A stretch of 64,000 nucleotides of DNA from Bacteroidia bacterium (GCA_965279035.1 OZ257142.1:3008001-3072000); one strand, 5' to 3'; shown: positions 47,969 through 57,842, counted from the first letter of the stretch. Numbers and translations are program-made. Notes: generated by a model from the letters alone, not told the origin.

Positions 47969-48970
47969 CTATTTCTTCACAATCTTGTAGTTAATGCGTG
48001 ATTTTGAAATCTCATCCGTAAGTGTAAGAAGATAAATTCCGCTTTCTAATCCACTGCAATTAATTTGATTCGAGCCTGAGGTTAAATTCCCTGAAATACC
48101 TGTTTCTTTTCCTTGGATTTGAATTAAACGATATTTGTAATTCCCATTTGGTATGGAAGTTATATTAACCCAGCCACTGGTAATAGTAGGATAAACTCTT
48201 ACATCAGCTGAATTTAATCTTGCAAATGAAGCAGTATTTGTTGGTGTAAAACGATAAACCTGTCCATTGGAAGGAAATGCATCAATCGTTTCGAAACCGG
48301 GTTGCAGATCTCCAAGGTTGGCGCTATCTAGTTGAGGGTTTGTTGCATCACCAACTAGGTAGTAATAGCGACCAGTTCCTGTACTTGGATCAAGATTCTT
48401 AATATAAGAAATGAATGGTTGAGAACCGTTGAAAAAGTATTCTTGTGGATAAGTAACTTGTGAGCCTCCATAATGCATCTCAATAATATCCGAGGTTTCG
48501 TATAACCACATTTGCAAATTAAGGGAATCATTCACTGTTCCAGAATCCACTGCTTCTTTCAAGAATCCAGTATTGAAATATTCCAATTTAAAAATACGAC
48601 TTGGACTTGTTCCGTCAATACGATAACGTATTGGAGAAATACTAGAACCTGTTAAATTTCCTTTATCCATTAACCAAGCATCCATAGGTGAAAATCCTTC
48701 TAAATGTATCGTACTTGTAGTGTCAGAAGATGGTGTTAATCCAGTTCCCCAGAATATCGAATAAGTGTCAAAGGTGAGCCCATTTAAGTGATATATAAAT
48801 GGGAGTTCCACAATGAAACTGGTTGTTAGCCATGGAGCTTCTGTGTTAACTTGTGTTGCTCCACTTGTTAATGGCTCATACGTTTGATTTGTTGAACTTA
48901 GTTCATAATGGAACTGTGCCGAAGATGTCAAGCTCAGTCCGAGGGCGAAGAGAAGTAGTTGTTTTTTCAT
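47969..48970 (-). CDS. T9SS type A CTD secreted protein of unknown function
   Basis: Signal peptide from ATG 48970 (MKKQLLLFALGLSLTSSAQ); C-terminal VYPT...GIYLL...YKIVKK. Confidence 0.82.
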   Translation of the reverse strand: MKKQLLLFALGLSLTSSAQFHYELSSTNQTYEPLTSGATQVNTEAPWLTTSFIVELPFIYHLNGLTFDTYSIFWGTGLTPSSDTTSTIHLEGFSPMDAWLMDKGNLTGSSISPIRYRIDGTSPSRIFKLEYFNTGFLKEAVDSGTVNDSLNLQMWLYETSDIIEMHYGGSQVTYPQEYFFNGSQPFISYIKNLDPSTGTGRYYYLVGDATNPQLDSANLGDLQPGFETIDAFPSNGQVYRFTPTNTASFARLNSADVRVYPTITSGWVNITSIPNGNYKYRLIQIQGKETGISGNLTSGSNQINCSGLESGIYLLTLTDEISKSRINYKIVKK

Positions 48971-49004
48971 GCTACAAAGGACATTCATATAGCCTTTTAG
49001 CACA

Positions 49005-49022
49005 ATCACATCATGATGTGAT
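49005..49022. promoter_or_regulatory. Perfect 18-bp palindrome, probable NarL/LuxR-type regulator site
   Basis: ATCACATCATGATGTGAT, 35-52 bp upstream of the secreted-protein ATG. Confidence 0.7.
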
Positions 49023-49061
49023 ATTTAATACTTGATGAAACTGTTTAGTGACAAATAAATA

Positions 49062-49697
49062 TTAAAGACCTTTCTCAATTGCTTTACGGACAGCTTCCAC
49101 ATTCGAATTCACTTGTAGTTTAGCGTATATGTTCTTTATATGAGAACGGACAGTGTCTAATGAAATGAAACAATGTGAAGCGATCATTTTATAACTAAAG
49201 CCAACAACTAAAAAATGAAGTATTTCTTTTTCTCGTTCACTTAAATTATAATCAATATTGCTATTCTTTTTTTTCTGAAACATAGCCAAAGCCTTACGAG
49301 CAATAACTGGAGTCATATAAGAACCGCCTTCAAAAATTTCTTTTAATGTTGAAGTCAATTTATCGTTAGGTGTTTTCTTTAAAATATATCCTCTAGCTCC
49401 TTCACAAATTGCATTGTAAATTTTATCATCATCTTCAAATACTGTGTACATAACAACATTAGTATCTGGTTTAATTGTAAGTGCTTGCTTTAATGCTTCA
49501 ATTCCATTGATTCCTGGCATATCTATATCCATTAAGATCATGTCAGGATTGGATTCTTTCATATGTGATTGAATATCGCTAGCCTGATCAAATATTCCAC
49601 AGATGTGAAAATCATTTTCTAATGAAAACAAAAGCTTTAAACTAGATCGCATTTGCTCATTGTCTTCAAAAATAGAGAGTTGTATTGGATAATTCAT
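49062..49697 (-). CDS. NarL/LuxR family response regulator
   Basis: FEDN, LMDIDMPGING, GYILK; LSEREKEIL..G.SYK.IA...ISLDTVRSHIKNIY.KL. Confidence 0.95.
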   Translation of the reverse strand: MNYPIQLSIFEDNEQMRSSLKLLFSLENDFHICGIFDQASDIQSHMKESNPDMILMDIDMPGINGIEALKQALTIKPDTNVVMYTVFEDDDKIYNAICEGARGYILKKTPNDKLTSTLKEIFEGGSYMTPVIARKALAMFQKKKNSNIDYNLSEREKEILHFLVVGFSYKMIASHCFISLDTVRSHIKNIYAKLQVNSNVEAVRKAIEKGL

Positions 49698-49851
49698 TTG
49701 AATTGAGAAGCCTATAAAAATAGGTTTTAGATATGAGAATTCATAGTTATTTTCAATATATAATTGGAGAAATTAATGTATAACTCTATAAATAATTGAG
49801 GAAGAAAAAGGGTATAATCGATTTTAATGAATAAAAAATGTTTTAATTGAA

Positions 49852-51015
49852 TTATTTAACCCAATTATTTTGAAACAAATCAATTATTTCAAATGGTAAT
49901 GAATTCCAGATGATTTCTTTCGGGTATAATGCGTTACATAAAAGCACAATTCCAAATTTATTTTTGGGTGAAATGATTAAAGAAGCCGAATATCCCGGAT
50001 CATTGCCATCGTGAAATACATAGTCGCCATATTTTTTAGAATTCACAATCCACCAACCAATACCAATGGAAGTAGTATATCCAGGAATAACTTTATGTGT
50101 AGTCCACATATTCATTAATGTAGATTGTTTGATAATTCCCGATTGGTTTAAATTAGAATCATATAAAGAAATCATATGAATCATCCATTTACATAAATCA
50201 GAAGAACAAGAATTCAGATTACCGCAAGGTTTGTCCTGTGGAATATCGGGATAATAATGAGAAGCTTTTACTTTATGAGTTATAAAATTACGTTTATGAG
50301 GAACACTTCTTCTATCTTTAGGTATAGATTGATAAAAGAAACTGCTCTGATTCATCCCAATAGGTTTTAAGATAGATTCAGTAATGTAGGTGGAAAATGG
50401 TTGATGAGTAACTCGCTCAATCACTAATCCCAAAATATTATAAGCTGTATTGCTATATGTTTTTTCACTTAATTGAACCCCTGGTTTATAGCTTAATTTC
50501 TTATGTTTTAATTTATGAGCAAATTCTGATAATGCAATACTATCATTTGATGGATGAATAAAATGTGAATTATAAATATTGGGCAAACCAGATGTATGTG
50601 TAAGCATTTGCTCAATCGTAATATCTAAAAAGCCTTTCCCTTTCATCTTAAATTCAGGAACATAATCGACTAGTTTTTTATGAATATCAATTTTTCCATC
50701 TTCAACAAGTTGCATGATGGCTGTAGCTGTAAATAATTTAGAAATTGAACAAGTCAAGAAATTTGTTAAACTGTCAACTGGAGCATACTTCCCAACTTCT
50801 TTAGAACCGTAGCCTTTCAAATAAATAATTTTATTATCTTTTACTAAACCAATGGAAAGCCCTGGTATTTTATATTTCGAAATACATTTTAAAACAACAG
50901 AATCAATTTCATGAGATAAATAAGGTGTTACTTGTTGAGAATTCAAGTAGTTAGATGATGATAAAATAAGTATTAAGATGATAATACATCTATTAAATAC
51001 AATGAATACTCTCAT
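49852..51015 (-). CDS. Serine hydrolase, beta-lactamase (AmpC-like) family
   Basis: CSISK (SxxK), LTHTSG, YSN, FHDG. Confidence 0.88.
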   Translation of the reverse strand: MRVFIVFNRCIIILILILSSSNYLNSQQVTPYLSHEIDSVVLKCISKYKIPGLSIGLVKDNKIIYLKGYGSKEVGKYAPVDSLTNFLTCSISKLFTATAIMQLVEDGKIDIHKKLVDYVPEFKMKGKGFLDITIEQMLTHTSGLPNIYNSHFIHPSNDSIALSEFAHKLKHKKLSYKPGVQLSEKTYSNTAYNILGLVIERVTHQPFSTYITESILKPIGMNQSSFFYQSIPKDRRSVPHKRNFITHKVKASHYYPDIPQDKPCGNLNSCSSDLCKWMIHMISLYDSNLNQSGIIKQSTLMNMWTTHKVIPGYTTSIGIGWWIVNSKKYGDYVFHDGNDPGYSASLIISPKNKFGIVLLCNALYPKEIIWNSLPFEIIDLFQNNWVK

Positions 51016-51155
51016 ACATTCTTAGTTGGATTAAATTTTCCAAATTTCAATTTGGATGAAAAAAAGAACTTTGGGGTTCTTTAAATTATTTGAAACAAAC
51101 TAGTTAAAAAGTTAATTTATAAACTCTTAAATAGATTGCTCTATTGAACATCCAA

Positions 51156-51803
51156 CTACTTATGATACTTATGAGAACCATCGCAATTAGGCATCCGTTT
51201 AGAAAAACCACAAATACAATCATTGATTCCTTTTCCTTGCATAATGCGATCGATATACTTGTCTATTCGAGATAATCGAGTAGCTGATTGTTTAGATCCA
51301 GTAAAAAAAAGGTTGTAGGCACGTTGACGACCTGGCGTTAAAGCTTCAAATGCTTTTTTAAATGCAGCATCAGCATCCATTTTAAGTAATAATTCTTCGG
51401 GAAACTCAAGTTCTGTATTGGATTTCAGCTCAACCTTTAACCCAATCTTATCTACTTCTAATGCTTCATAGATATACGTTTTTATTATGGGTTCTAAACG
51501 CAGAATTTCTTCAATGTTCTTAAATTTAAATAAGCGAACTGATTGAGAATTCTCACCTGGTTTTTGTAAAAGATGCTCAGTATCTGCTAATAACACACCT
51601 TTGAAAAAAGAAAAAGCACAATAATCTTTAAATTCCCCAAGTATAATAATGTTATTTCCATGAAATGTATAGCATGGATTTCGCCATTTGAAGTCTTCTT
51701 CTAAACCACAATCAAGAATAATTCTTCTAAATTGTAATAACTCATTCGGCCATCTATGAGCTTTACTTAAAAATTCTTCAACCTTAGGATGAAATGGATG
51801 CAT
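51156..51803 (-). CDS. YdeI/OmpD-associated (DUF1801) protein with C-terminal CDGSH iron-sulfur motif
   Basis: KWRNPCY, FFKG.LL, FEALTPGRQR.Y, KQSATR; C-terminal CICGFSKRMPNCDGSH. Confidence 0.88.
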   Translation of the reverse strand: MHPFHPKVEEFLSKAHRWPNELLQFRRIILDCGLEEDFKWRNPCYTFHGNNIIILGEFKDYCAFSFFKGVLLADTEHLLQKPGENSQSVRLFKFKNIEEILRLEPIIKTYIYEALEVDKIGLKVELKSNTELEFPEELLLKMDADAAFKKAFEALTPGRQRAYNLFFTGSKQSATRLSRIDKYIDRIMQGKGINDCICGFSKRMPNCDGSHKYHK

Positions 51804-52029
51804 AAAAATAGACGTGATTGTTTATTAATACATGTTTTAGAATTTCAAATATAATAACTAAGCCGCTGTTTGTTTAATAATTTTACATGATTTTTTGTAT
51901 TAATCTATGCCTTAAGGTTAATTCGTCTCTAGTTAATTAATCATTCATGATTGTTAAAGCCATATCCATTTTAGTCTTAAAATAGGCTTCAACTTACACA
52001 AAAGATAATAAAAATAGTTTTAGTTTGGA

Positions 52030-52293
52030 TTATATTCTCAGTGTTAAAGCTGATGCTACTTTTGACCATGAATTAGTTCCCAAAGCTCTACGATTGATAA
52101 AAATTGAGGCAGATGTATTAATAAGTAAATCATGGAAAAATAGTCGAATCGCATTCATCCCATCTTCTATTTCTGATGTGATTAAGCAAACGCGACGACT
52201 ATTGTTTGTGTAGTTAAAGCTGAAATTTTGTCCAAAAAAAAGGGAATATGAAAACAGCAATAATATAGTTAAAAAGGCAGGCTTAAAGTTCAT
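52030..52293 (-). pseudogene. Truncated N-terminal fragment of a secreted protein
   Basis: Signal peptide and the start of a Fn3-like segment (INRRALGTNSWSKVASAL), then an abrupt stop into AT-rich non-coding DNA. Confidence 0.45.
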
Positions 52294-52427
52294 CAGTTGG
52301 TCATTTGTATCCTTACTTTGGAAAAATGCATATGACGTTTTTCCATTTCAAACATACTCCTAAGCTGCACCACACGCAAGTTGAAATAGAAAAATCTAGA
52401 GTAATTAATCAAAAAGGTAAAAACAAC

Positions 52428-52778
52428 CTATTTCCGTAAAATTTTATCCATTGATTTTCCTTTAGCTAATTCATCAATTAATTTATCCATGTAACGAATC
52501 TTACGCATAAGAGGATCTTCTATTTCTTCGACTCGATAGCCACATATCATTCCTGTAATGAGGCTCACATTGGGATGTAATTGCGGAGCCTTTGCAAAGA
52601 AAGTGGTGAAATCTGTTTTGTCATCTAATAGCTGTTGTAAGCTGGATGTATTGTAACCAGTCAACCAAAATATAATCTCATCCACTTCCGCCTTCGTTCG
52701 ACCTTTCCGCTCAACTTTAGCAATATAAAGTGGATAAACCTGAGCAAAAGGCATAGTGAAAATGCGGTGTGTGGACAT
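52428..52778 (-). CDS. DUF2200 family protein
   Basis: [24 protein letters not shown], [16 protein letters not shown]..[14 protein letters not shown]. Confidence 0.9.
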   Translation of the reverse strand: MSTHRIFTMPFAQVYPLYIAKVERKGRTKAEVDEIIFWLTGYNTSSLQQLLDDKTDFTTFFAKAPQLHPNVSLITGMICGYRVEEIEDPLMRKIRYMDKLIDELAKGKSMDKILRK

Positions 52779-52870
52779 GATTAAATTGTCAAATTTAAAC
52801 TACTAATTTATTGGAATTTAAATAAAGAAGTACAATTTAACTTTATGATCAATTCATCCAATATATGGTA

Positions 52871-53773
52871 TCAATCAGGAATAATTGAAATGCCTGCTAG
52901 ATTAGCCTTTCCAATTTTCAAGAATTCGTATGTTATTCGATCTGTTTGACAATCGATGAACTGTATGCGTTTGAGATTCTTATTGTTTTTGAAGAAGGTG
53001 TTAGTTAAAATTGAATCCTGAAAAATAACACGATAAAATGCACAATTTTCAAAAATACAATCATACACTTTTCCCGTAAACTTAATTTCATTTAACTGAA
53101 TACCTATAAATGAAGTTTGATTCCAAATGGCTTGGGTCAATTCATTTTTAGTGAAATTGAGCATTTTAAATTCAGATTCTGTAAAATCGGCATGAGTAAA
53201 ATCGCAATTACCAATGTTGTTCTTTGTGAAGGTTGATTTGAGAAAAGAACAGTTTCTAAAACTATTATTGTTCAAATTCGAACTCTCAATTTGGCAATTA
53301 TTGATGATAGAATCGGTGAAGTCGCAACTTTCAATATTATTACTTTTAAGTTGAAGTTCCGACAAATCGGCCCCAACAAATTTGCAACACTTCATATTGG
53401 AATGACTGAATTTATCTTGAATATTCTTAAGTCCAGAGAAATCAGCATCGTCCCAATTTCCTTGCGACATGTTCCAAGTTTGCTTCTTAATTGTTGAAGC
53501 AGTTGGTGTCTTGTTTACTTTACTCTCTAGTACTTGATCAGGATTAGTTTCCGTGCTTAATGAGGGAAAGGAATCTGAAAAATAATTTAAATCAACTCCC
53601 AGAATTTCAGCTAAGTGATTTAAGGTGGTAATATCGGGTAAGGATTCACCGCGTTCCCATTTTCCAACGGCTTGAGCACTGATCGATATTTGCAAAGCTA
53701 AATCAGCTTGAGATAGATTTAAACGTTTACGTGCTTGCGTAATTTTTGAACCGATTGATTTTGAGTTGAGCAT
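52871..53773 (-). CDS. XRE HTH + pentapeptide-repeat protein
   Basis: SQADLA....SAQAVGKWERGESLPD followed by A[D/N]F/L pentapeptide repeats; start at ATG 53773 below a TACCTTTG -7 box (53799-53806). Confidence 0.88.
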   Translation of the reverse strand: MLNSKSIGSKITQARKRLNLSQADLALQISISAQAVGKWERGESLPDITTLNHLAEILGVDLNYFSDSFPSLSTETNPDQVLESKVNKTPTASTIKKQTWNMSQGNWDDADFSGLKNIQDKFSHSNMKCCKFVGADLSELQLKSNNIESCDFTDSIINNCQIESSNLNNNSFRNCSFLKSTFTKNNIGNCDFTHADFTESEFKMLNFTKNELTQAIWNQTSFIGIQLNEIKFTGKVYDCIFENCAFYRVIFQDSILTNTFFKNNKNLKRIQFIDCQTDRITYEFLKIGKANLAGISIIPD

Positions 53774-53841
53774 ATTGATTGATGTTTTGGTGATGAGACA
53801 AAGGTATTTTGACAAATCAACCTGACACAAAATTAATAGCT

Positions 53842-53892
53842 ACATTTAGTTGTATAAGCTATACAACTAGTTGTTTTTCGACAACTAGTTGT
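53842..53892. promoter_or_regulatory. Three ACAACTAGTTGT-type palindromic operators
   Basis: ACATTTAGTTGT (53842-53853), ACAACTAGTTGT (53863-53874), ACAACTAGTTGT (53881-53892). Confidence 0.75.
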
Positions 53893-53940
53893 TGTTTAAA
53901 GCTTCAAATATAGTTATATGATGCTGAACACTAGTTTAAA

Positions 53941-54339
53941 TCAAAGTCCATTTATTAAATCAATTAATTTGTCTATTGTAATTGGTTTTATGATGTAGTC
54001 CGATACCTCACTAATAGATTTAGCTCTCATCACATCATCTGGAGAAATAGATGATGAGCAAATAACAATTGTGATTTTTTTCCCAATCTTAGGATAAAGC
54101 TTTGTAAATTCCTCTAAGAATTGCCAGCCATCCATAATAGGCATACTTAAATCAAGTAAAATTATTTCAGGCAATGCACTTAAATTGTCCTTATTCTCCC
54201 AAAGGAATTCAAGTGCATCTAAACCATTTCCAAAGACTTTAATTAAGTCTACCAAATTCGTTTTCTCAATTACTTTTTTTGTTAAAAAAACGAAAACATC
54301 GTCATCATCAACAAGTGTAAAGTTTTTAACTCGGTTCAT
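53941..54339 (-). CDS. Single-domain response regulator (CheY-like)
   Basis: LVDDD, ILLDLSMPIMDGWQFL, SSS, YIIKP; start taken at the ATG 54339. Confidence 0.9.
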   Translation of the reverse strand: MNRVKNFTLVDDDDVFVFLTKKVIEKTNLVDLIKVFGNGLDALEFLWENKDNLSALPEIILLDLSMPIMDGWQFLEEFTKLYPKIGKKITIVICSSSISPDDVMRAKSISEVSDYIIKPITIDKLIDLINGL

Positions 54340-55822
54340 ATTCAAGAGATTTAAATTCAATAAAAAAGGTACATCCTTTATCAGGTTGGCTCACTGCCCA
54401 TATTTTTCCATTCATCGCTTCAACTTGTGTTTTTGTCATAAATAAGCCAAATCCCTTAGCATCAGGATGTTTATGAAATGTCTTACGTATCTTAAAAATA
54501 TTATCCTTATGTCGCACTAAATCAATCCCTAAACCATTATCGGAAATGCTCATTTGAACGATTCCATCTTGTGTTTTCTTTATTTGAATTTGAATTTCCG
54601 GTTTTCTAAATGGTGATTTATATTTCAATGAATTGCTAATTAAATTAGTTAAGATACTTTCCATGTATTTATGAGGGAAGTATATGATGGGTGCTTTATT
54701 TATTTTAATATCAATATTTGCTTCATATTCAACAATTTGAGTTTTAAAACCTATTAATACCCTGTCAATACATTTTTTCAATTCAATTTTATCGGATTTA
54801 ATATTAGTGTCTTGCTTAATTTGAATTGATTCAACCAATTCATTAAACACTTCTAATAAATGATTAACAACAGGCTTAATTTTCAATAGTACTTCCATGC
54901 GTTCCACTTCATCATTGCTTTGTTCAACATAATCGACTAGCATTGAAATGTTGATTAAAGGAGCTCTTAAATTATGTGAAACTATATTACAGAAATCTAT
55001 TAATTGGTTGTTTTTATAAGTCAATTTCTGAGATTGCTCAATGACTTTTGCATTATTCAATCGTATCAGATCTTCTCCTTCTTTTCGTTCTGTGATATCA
55101 GATCTAATAGCAACATATTGATAAGGTTTATTTGATTGATTTAAAAATGGAACAATGGTAGTGTCTACCCAATAAAAGGTACCGTCTTTTGCTTTGTTCT
55201 TCAGTTCACCTTTCCATACTTCACCATGAGCTATTGTAGTCCAAATGTTTTTAATAAATTCTTTTGAATGATAACCAGAATTAATAATACGATGATCTTG
55301 TCCAATTAATTCTTCAGAACTGTATTTAGATATTCTACAAAAATTTTCATTTACATGAGTAATTATTCCCTTTTGATTCGTTATTGCAACAATAGCTGAT
55401 TCATCAAGAGCATATTTATAATCGGAAATTTCTTGCAAAATTTTAATCAATTCCTCTTCATTTATCTTTCTATTCGTAATATCAGATCGAATGGCAACAT
55501 ATTTATATGGTTTATTCTCCGCATTTAGAAAAGGGACTATTGTGGTATCAACCCAATATATAGAACCATCCTTAGCTCTATTTTTCAATTCTCCTTTCCA
55601 TACTTTACCACTTGCAATAGTCCTCCATAATTCACGAATAAACTCCTTCGAATGATAACCAGAATTAATTATTCGATGATCTTGTCCTATAAGCTCTTTG
55701 GATGTGTATTTTGAAATTTTACAGAAATTATCATTTACATAAATGATTGTTCCCTTTTGATCTGTAATCGCAACAATAGACGATTCATCAAGTGCATGTT
55801 TATAATCAGCAATGTTATCCAT
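54326..55822 (-). CDS. Cytoplasmic PAS-PAS sensor histidine kinase
   Basis: Two closely similar PAS/PAC units, VSHNLRAPL, NLISNSLKY, ISDNGLG, GFGLF; no TM. Confidence 0.92.
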   Translation of the reverse strand: MDNIADYKHALDESSIVAITDQKGTIIYVNDNFCKISKYTSKELIGQDHRIINSGYHSKEFIRELWRTIASGKVWKGELKNRAKDGSIYWVDTTIVPFLNAENKPYKYVAIRSDITNRKINEEELIKILQEISDYKYALDESAIVAITNQKGIITHVNENFCRISKYSSEELIGQDHRIINSGYHSKEFIKNIWTTIAHGEVWKGELKNKAKDGTFYWVDTTIVPFLNQSNKPYQYVAIRSDITERKEGEDLIRLNNAKVIEQSQKLTYKNNQLIDFCNIVSHNLRAPLINISMLVDYVEQSNDEVERMEVLLKIKPVVNHLLEVFNELVESIQIKQDTNIKSDKIELKKCIDRVLIGFKTQIVEYEANIDIKINKAPIIYFPHKYMESILTNLISNSLKYKSPFRKPEIQIQIKKTQDGIVQMSISDNGLGIDLVRHKDNIFKIRKTFHKHPDAKGFGLFMTKTQVEAMNGKIWAVSQPDKGCTFFIEFKSLEYEPS

Positions 55823-55938
55823 TTATATTAGCCTTAGTTAATTTAATCTTTACTATATAATTCCGAACAATAACAACCCCTTACTTAAATTAGGACTAAA
55901 ATGCCCAAACATCATTAACTACACTTGTATATAAAAAT

Positions 55939-57333
55939 CAGTACTGTCCGGTTAAAGTTTAAATCAGAAAAAAGGAGCGACCATTTCGATCACTCCTTTT
56001 GTGATTATTTTTGAGTTACGACACACCAAAATAATCATGAGTAAAAGTAAATATTTTACCGGACAGCCGATTTACAGTCAACTCCTTTCTTATCTGCCTC
56101 AGACGAAAGTAAAGGACATAGCTGATGAGCATAACGCTGATAGGTATTATAAGAACTTCAGGACTTATACGCACCTAGTAACGATGCTTTACGCAATCTT
56201 TAATCGGTGTACAGGTATCCGAGAAGTGACCTCAGGCCTACTTGCCTGGGAAGGCAGGATACAGCATTTAGGAATCAACTACTTTCCCAGAAGGAGCACG
56301 ATTTCAGATGCAAATACCAGTCGACCAGCCGATGTCTTTGAAGATATTTACTACTGGCTTTATGACCGATACAAGCATTTTTTACCGGACAGCCGAAGTA
56401 AAATCGCATCCCGGCTTTATATTGTTGACTCGACAACGATTCAGTTGTTTCAGGAAGTTTTGAAAAATGCCGGTCGTAATCCCGCCGATGGTAAGCGCAA
56501 AGGCGGTATTAAGGTGCATACTTTAATGAGGAGTGATCAAGACGTGCCTTGCTTGATAAGGTTCTCTGCTGGAGCTGGAGCCGACAGCCCATTTCTGCAG
56601 AACATACACCTGCAACGTGGGTCCATTGTGGTGTTTGATCGTGGTTATAATGATTACAAGCAATACAACCGTTTCTCGGAAGAAAATGTCACATGGGTGA
56701 CCCGATTACGAAACAACACCGTGATCAAAGTCCTGCGGGAAAAGAAAATTTCAGACAAGGAAAAGCAGAACGGAATTTTGCTCGACCAGATTATAGAAAT
56801 GGGCCACACCAAGCACAATAACAATACACGAGTGAAGGCACGTCTTATAAAATATGAGGACAAAAAATCGAAGAGGATATTTGAATTCATAACCAATAAC
56901 AATCAATTCAAACCCTCCTCAATCGCACTGTTTTATAAAAATCGTTGGCAGATCGAATCGCTATTTAAGCGTATCAAACAGAACTATCCGATGCAAAGCT
57001 TCCTTGGAGAGAGCGAAAATGCGATCAAAATCCAAATCTGGTGTGCCCTGATCGCTGACCTTGTCTTAAAAATTGTCAAAGCAAGAGCTGGTAAAAACTG
57101 GTCGTTTTCAAATCTTGCAGCCATGGTCAGGCTACATTTGATGACCTATATCAACCTTTTTGAATTCCTCATCAATCCTGAAAAATCGCTAATTAGAAAT
57201 CAAATTAAATCCTTTCAACTGCCATTGTTCCCTCCATAGGGGGCTTTATTTTAAATAAATACCATCAACACCCGCATTTACTGCAACTACAGAAGGTAAA
57301 TCATGCAATCTCAATTTTAACCGGACAGTACTG
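55939..57333 (+). mobile_element. IS4-family insertion sequence, 1,395 bp
   Basis: Perfect 18-bp terminal IRs CAGTACTGTCCGGTTAAA / TTTAACCGGACAGTACTG; 9-bp target duplication TATAAAAAT (55930-55938 and 57334-57342); GC higher than the flanks. Confidence 0.95.
56037..57239 (+). CDS. IS4-family transposase (DUF4372 + DDE_Tnp_1)
   Basis: IVDSTTI, VFDRGY, YKNRWQIESLFK (YREK-like); ATG at 56037. Confidence 0.93.
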   Translation: MSKSKYFTGQPIYSQLLSYLPQTKVKDIADEHNADRYYKNFRTYTHLVTMLYAIFNRCTGIREVTSGLLAWEGRIQHLGINYFPRRSTISDANTSRPADVFEDIYYWLYDRYKHFLPDSRSKIASRLYIVDSTTIQLFQEVLKNAGRNPADGKRKGGIKVHTLMRSDQDVPCLIRFSAGAGADSPFLQNIHLQRGSIVVFDRGYNDYKQYNRFSEENVTWVTRLRNNTVIKVLREKKISDKEKQNGILLDQIIEMGHTKHNNNTRVKARLIKYEDKKSKRIFEFITNNNQFKPSSIALFYKNRWQIESLFKRIKQNYPMQSFLGESENAIKIQIWCALIADLVLKIVKARAGKNWSFSNLAAMVRLHLMTYINLFEFLINPEKSLIRNQIKSFQLPLFPP

Positions 57334-57632
57334 TATAAAAATATAGATAAAAATTTAATCATCAGATTAAAATTCTTTAATGTCATTGTAAACCCATCAT
57401 GTAAAGCATAAAAAAATCAAGTACTAATAAGAACAGTTCAATCCATTTTAACCGTAAAATCAACTAAATTGAGTTGAATTTCAATTGTATGTGTGAAATA
57501 ATCTCATGAAATATATTTATAAAATAGTTGAATGAATGTAATCAGTTTAGAATCGATTCAATCAAAATTGTTTCAAAAAAACTTCCTACTCCAATTGCCT
57601 TTCATAAAATTAATTTTTTGAATTAAATATCG

Positions 57633-57752
57633 TTGTTTGGGAGATAAGATAAAGGCATTTCACCAATCAACCTAACATAAAAACAACAGCTATATATAGA
57701 TGTATAAGCTATCTATTTGGTTGTTTTTGACAACCCGCTATTGTTTTATAGC
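57633..57752. repeat. Decayed copy of the promoter/operator region at ~53782-53902
   Basis: Colinear similarity by eye; shared blocks include AATCAACCT, TGTATAAGCTAT, GTTGTTTTT, GACAAC. Confidence 0.7.
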
Positions 57753-57842
57753 CATGTATATATATCAAACGAAGAATAGATTATATATGCCATCATAATT
57801 ATATTCTGAATTCATCACGAATAATAAAACGTGCTATTAATC

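Noticed and set aside
24435-51015. Calling the two serine hydrolases true beta-lactamases, or the pentapeptide protein Qnr
   Set aside because: The family motifs are shared with many peptidases, esterases and non-resistance proteins, so specificity cannot be read from sequence.
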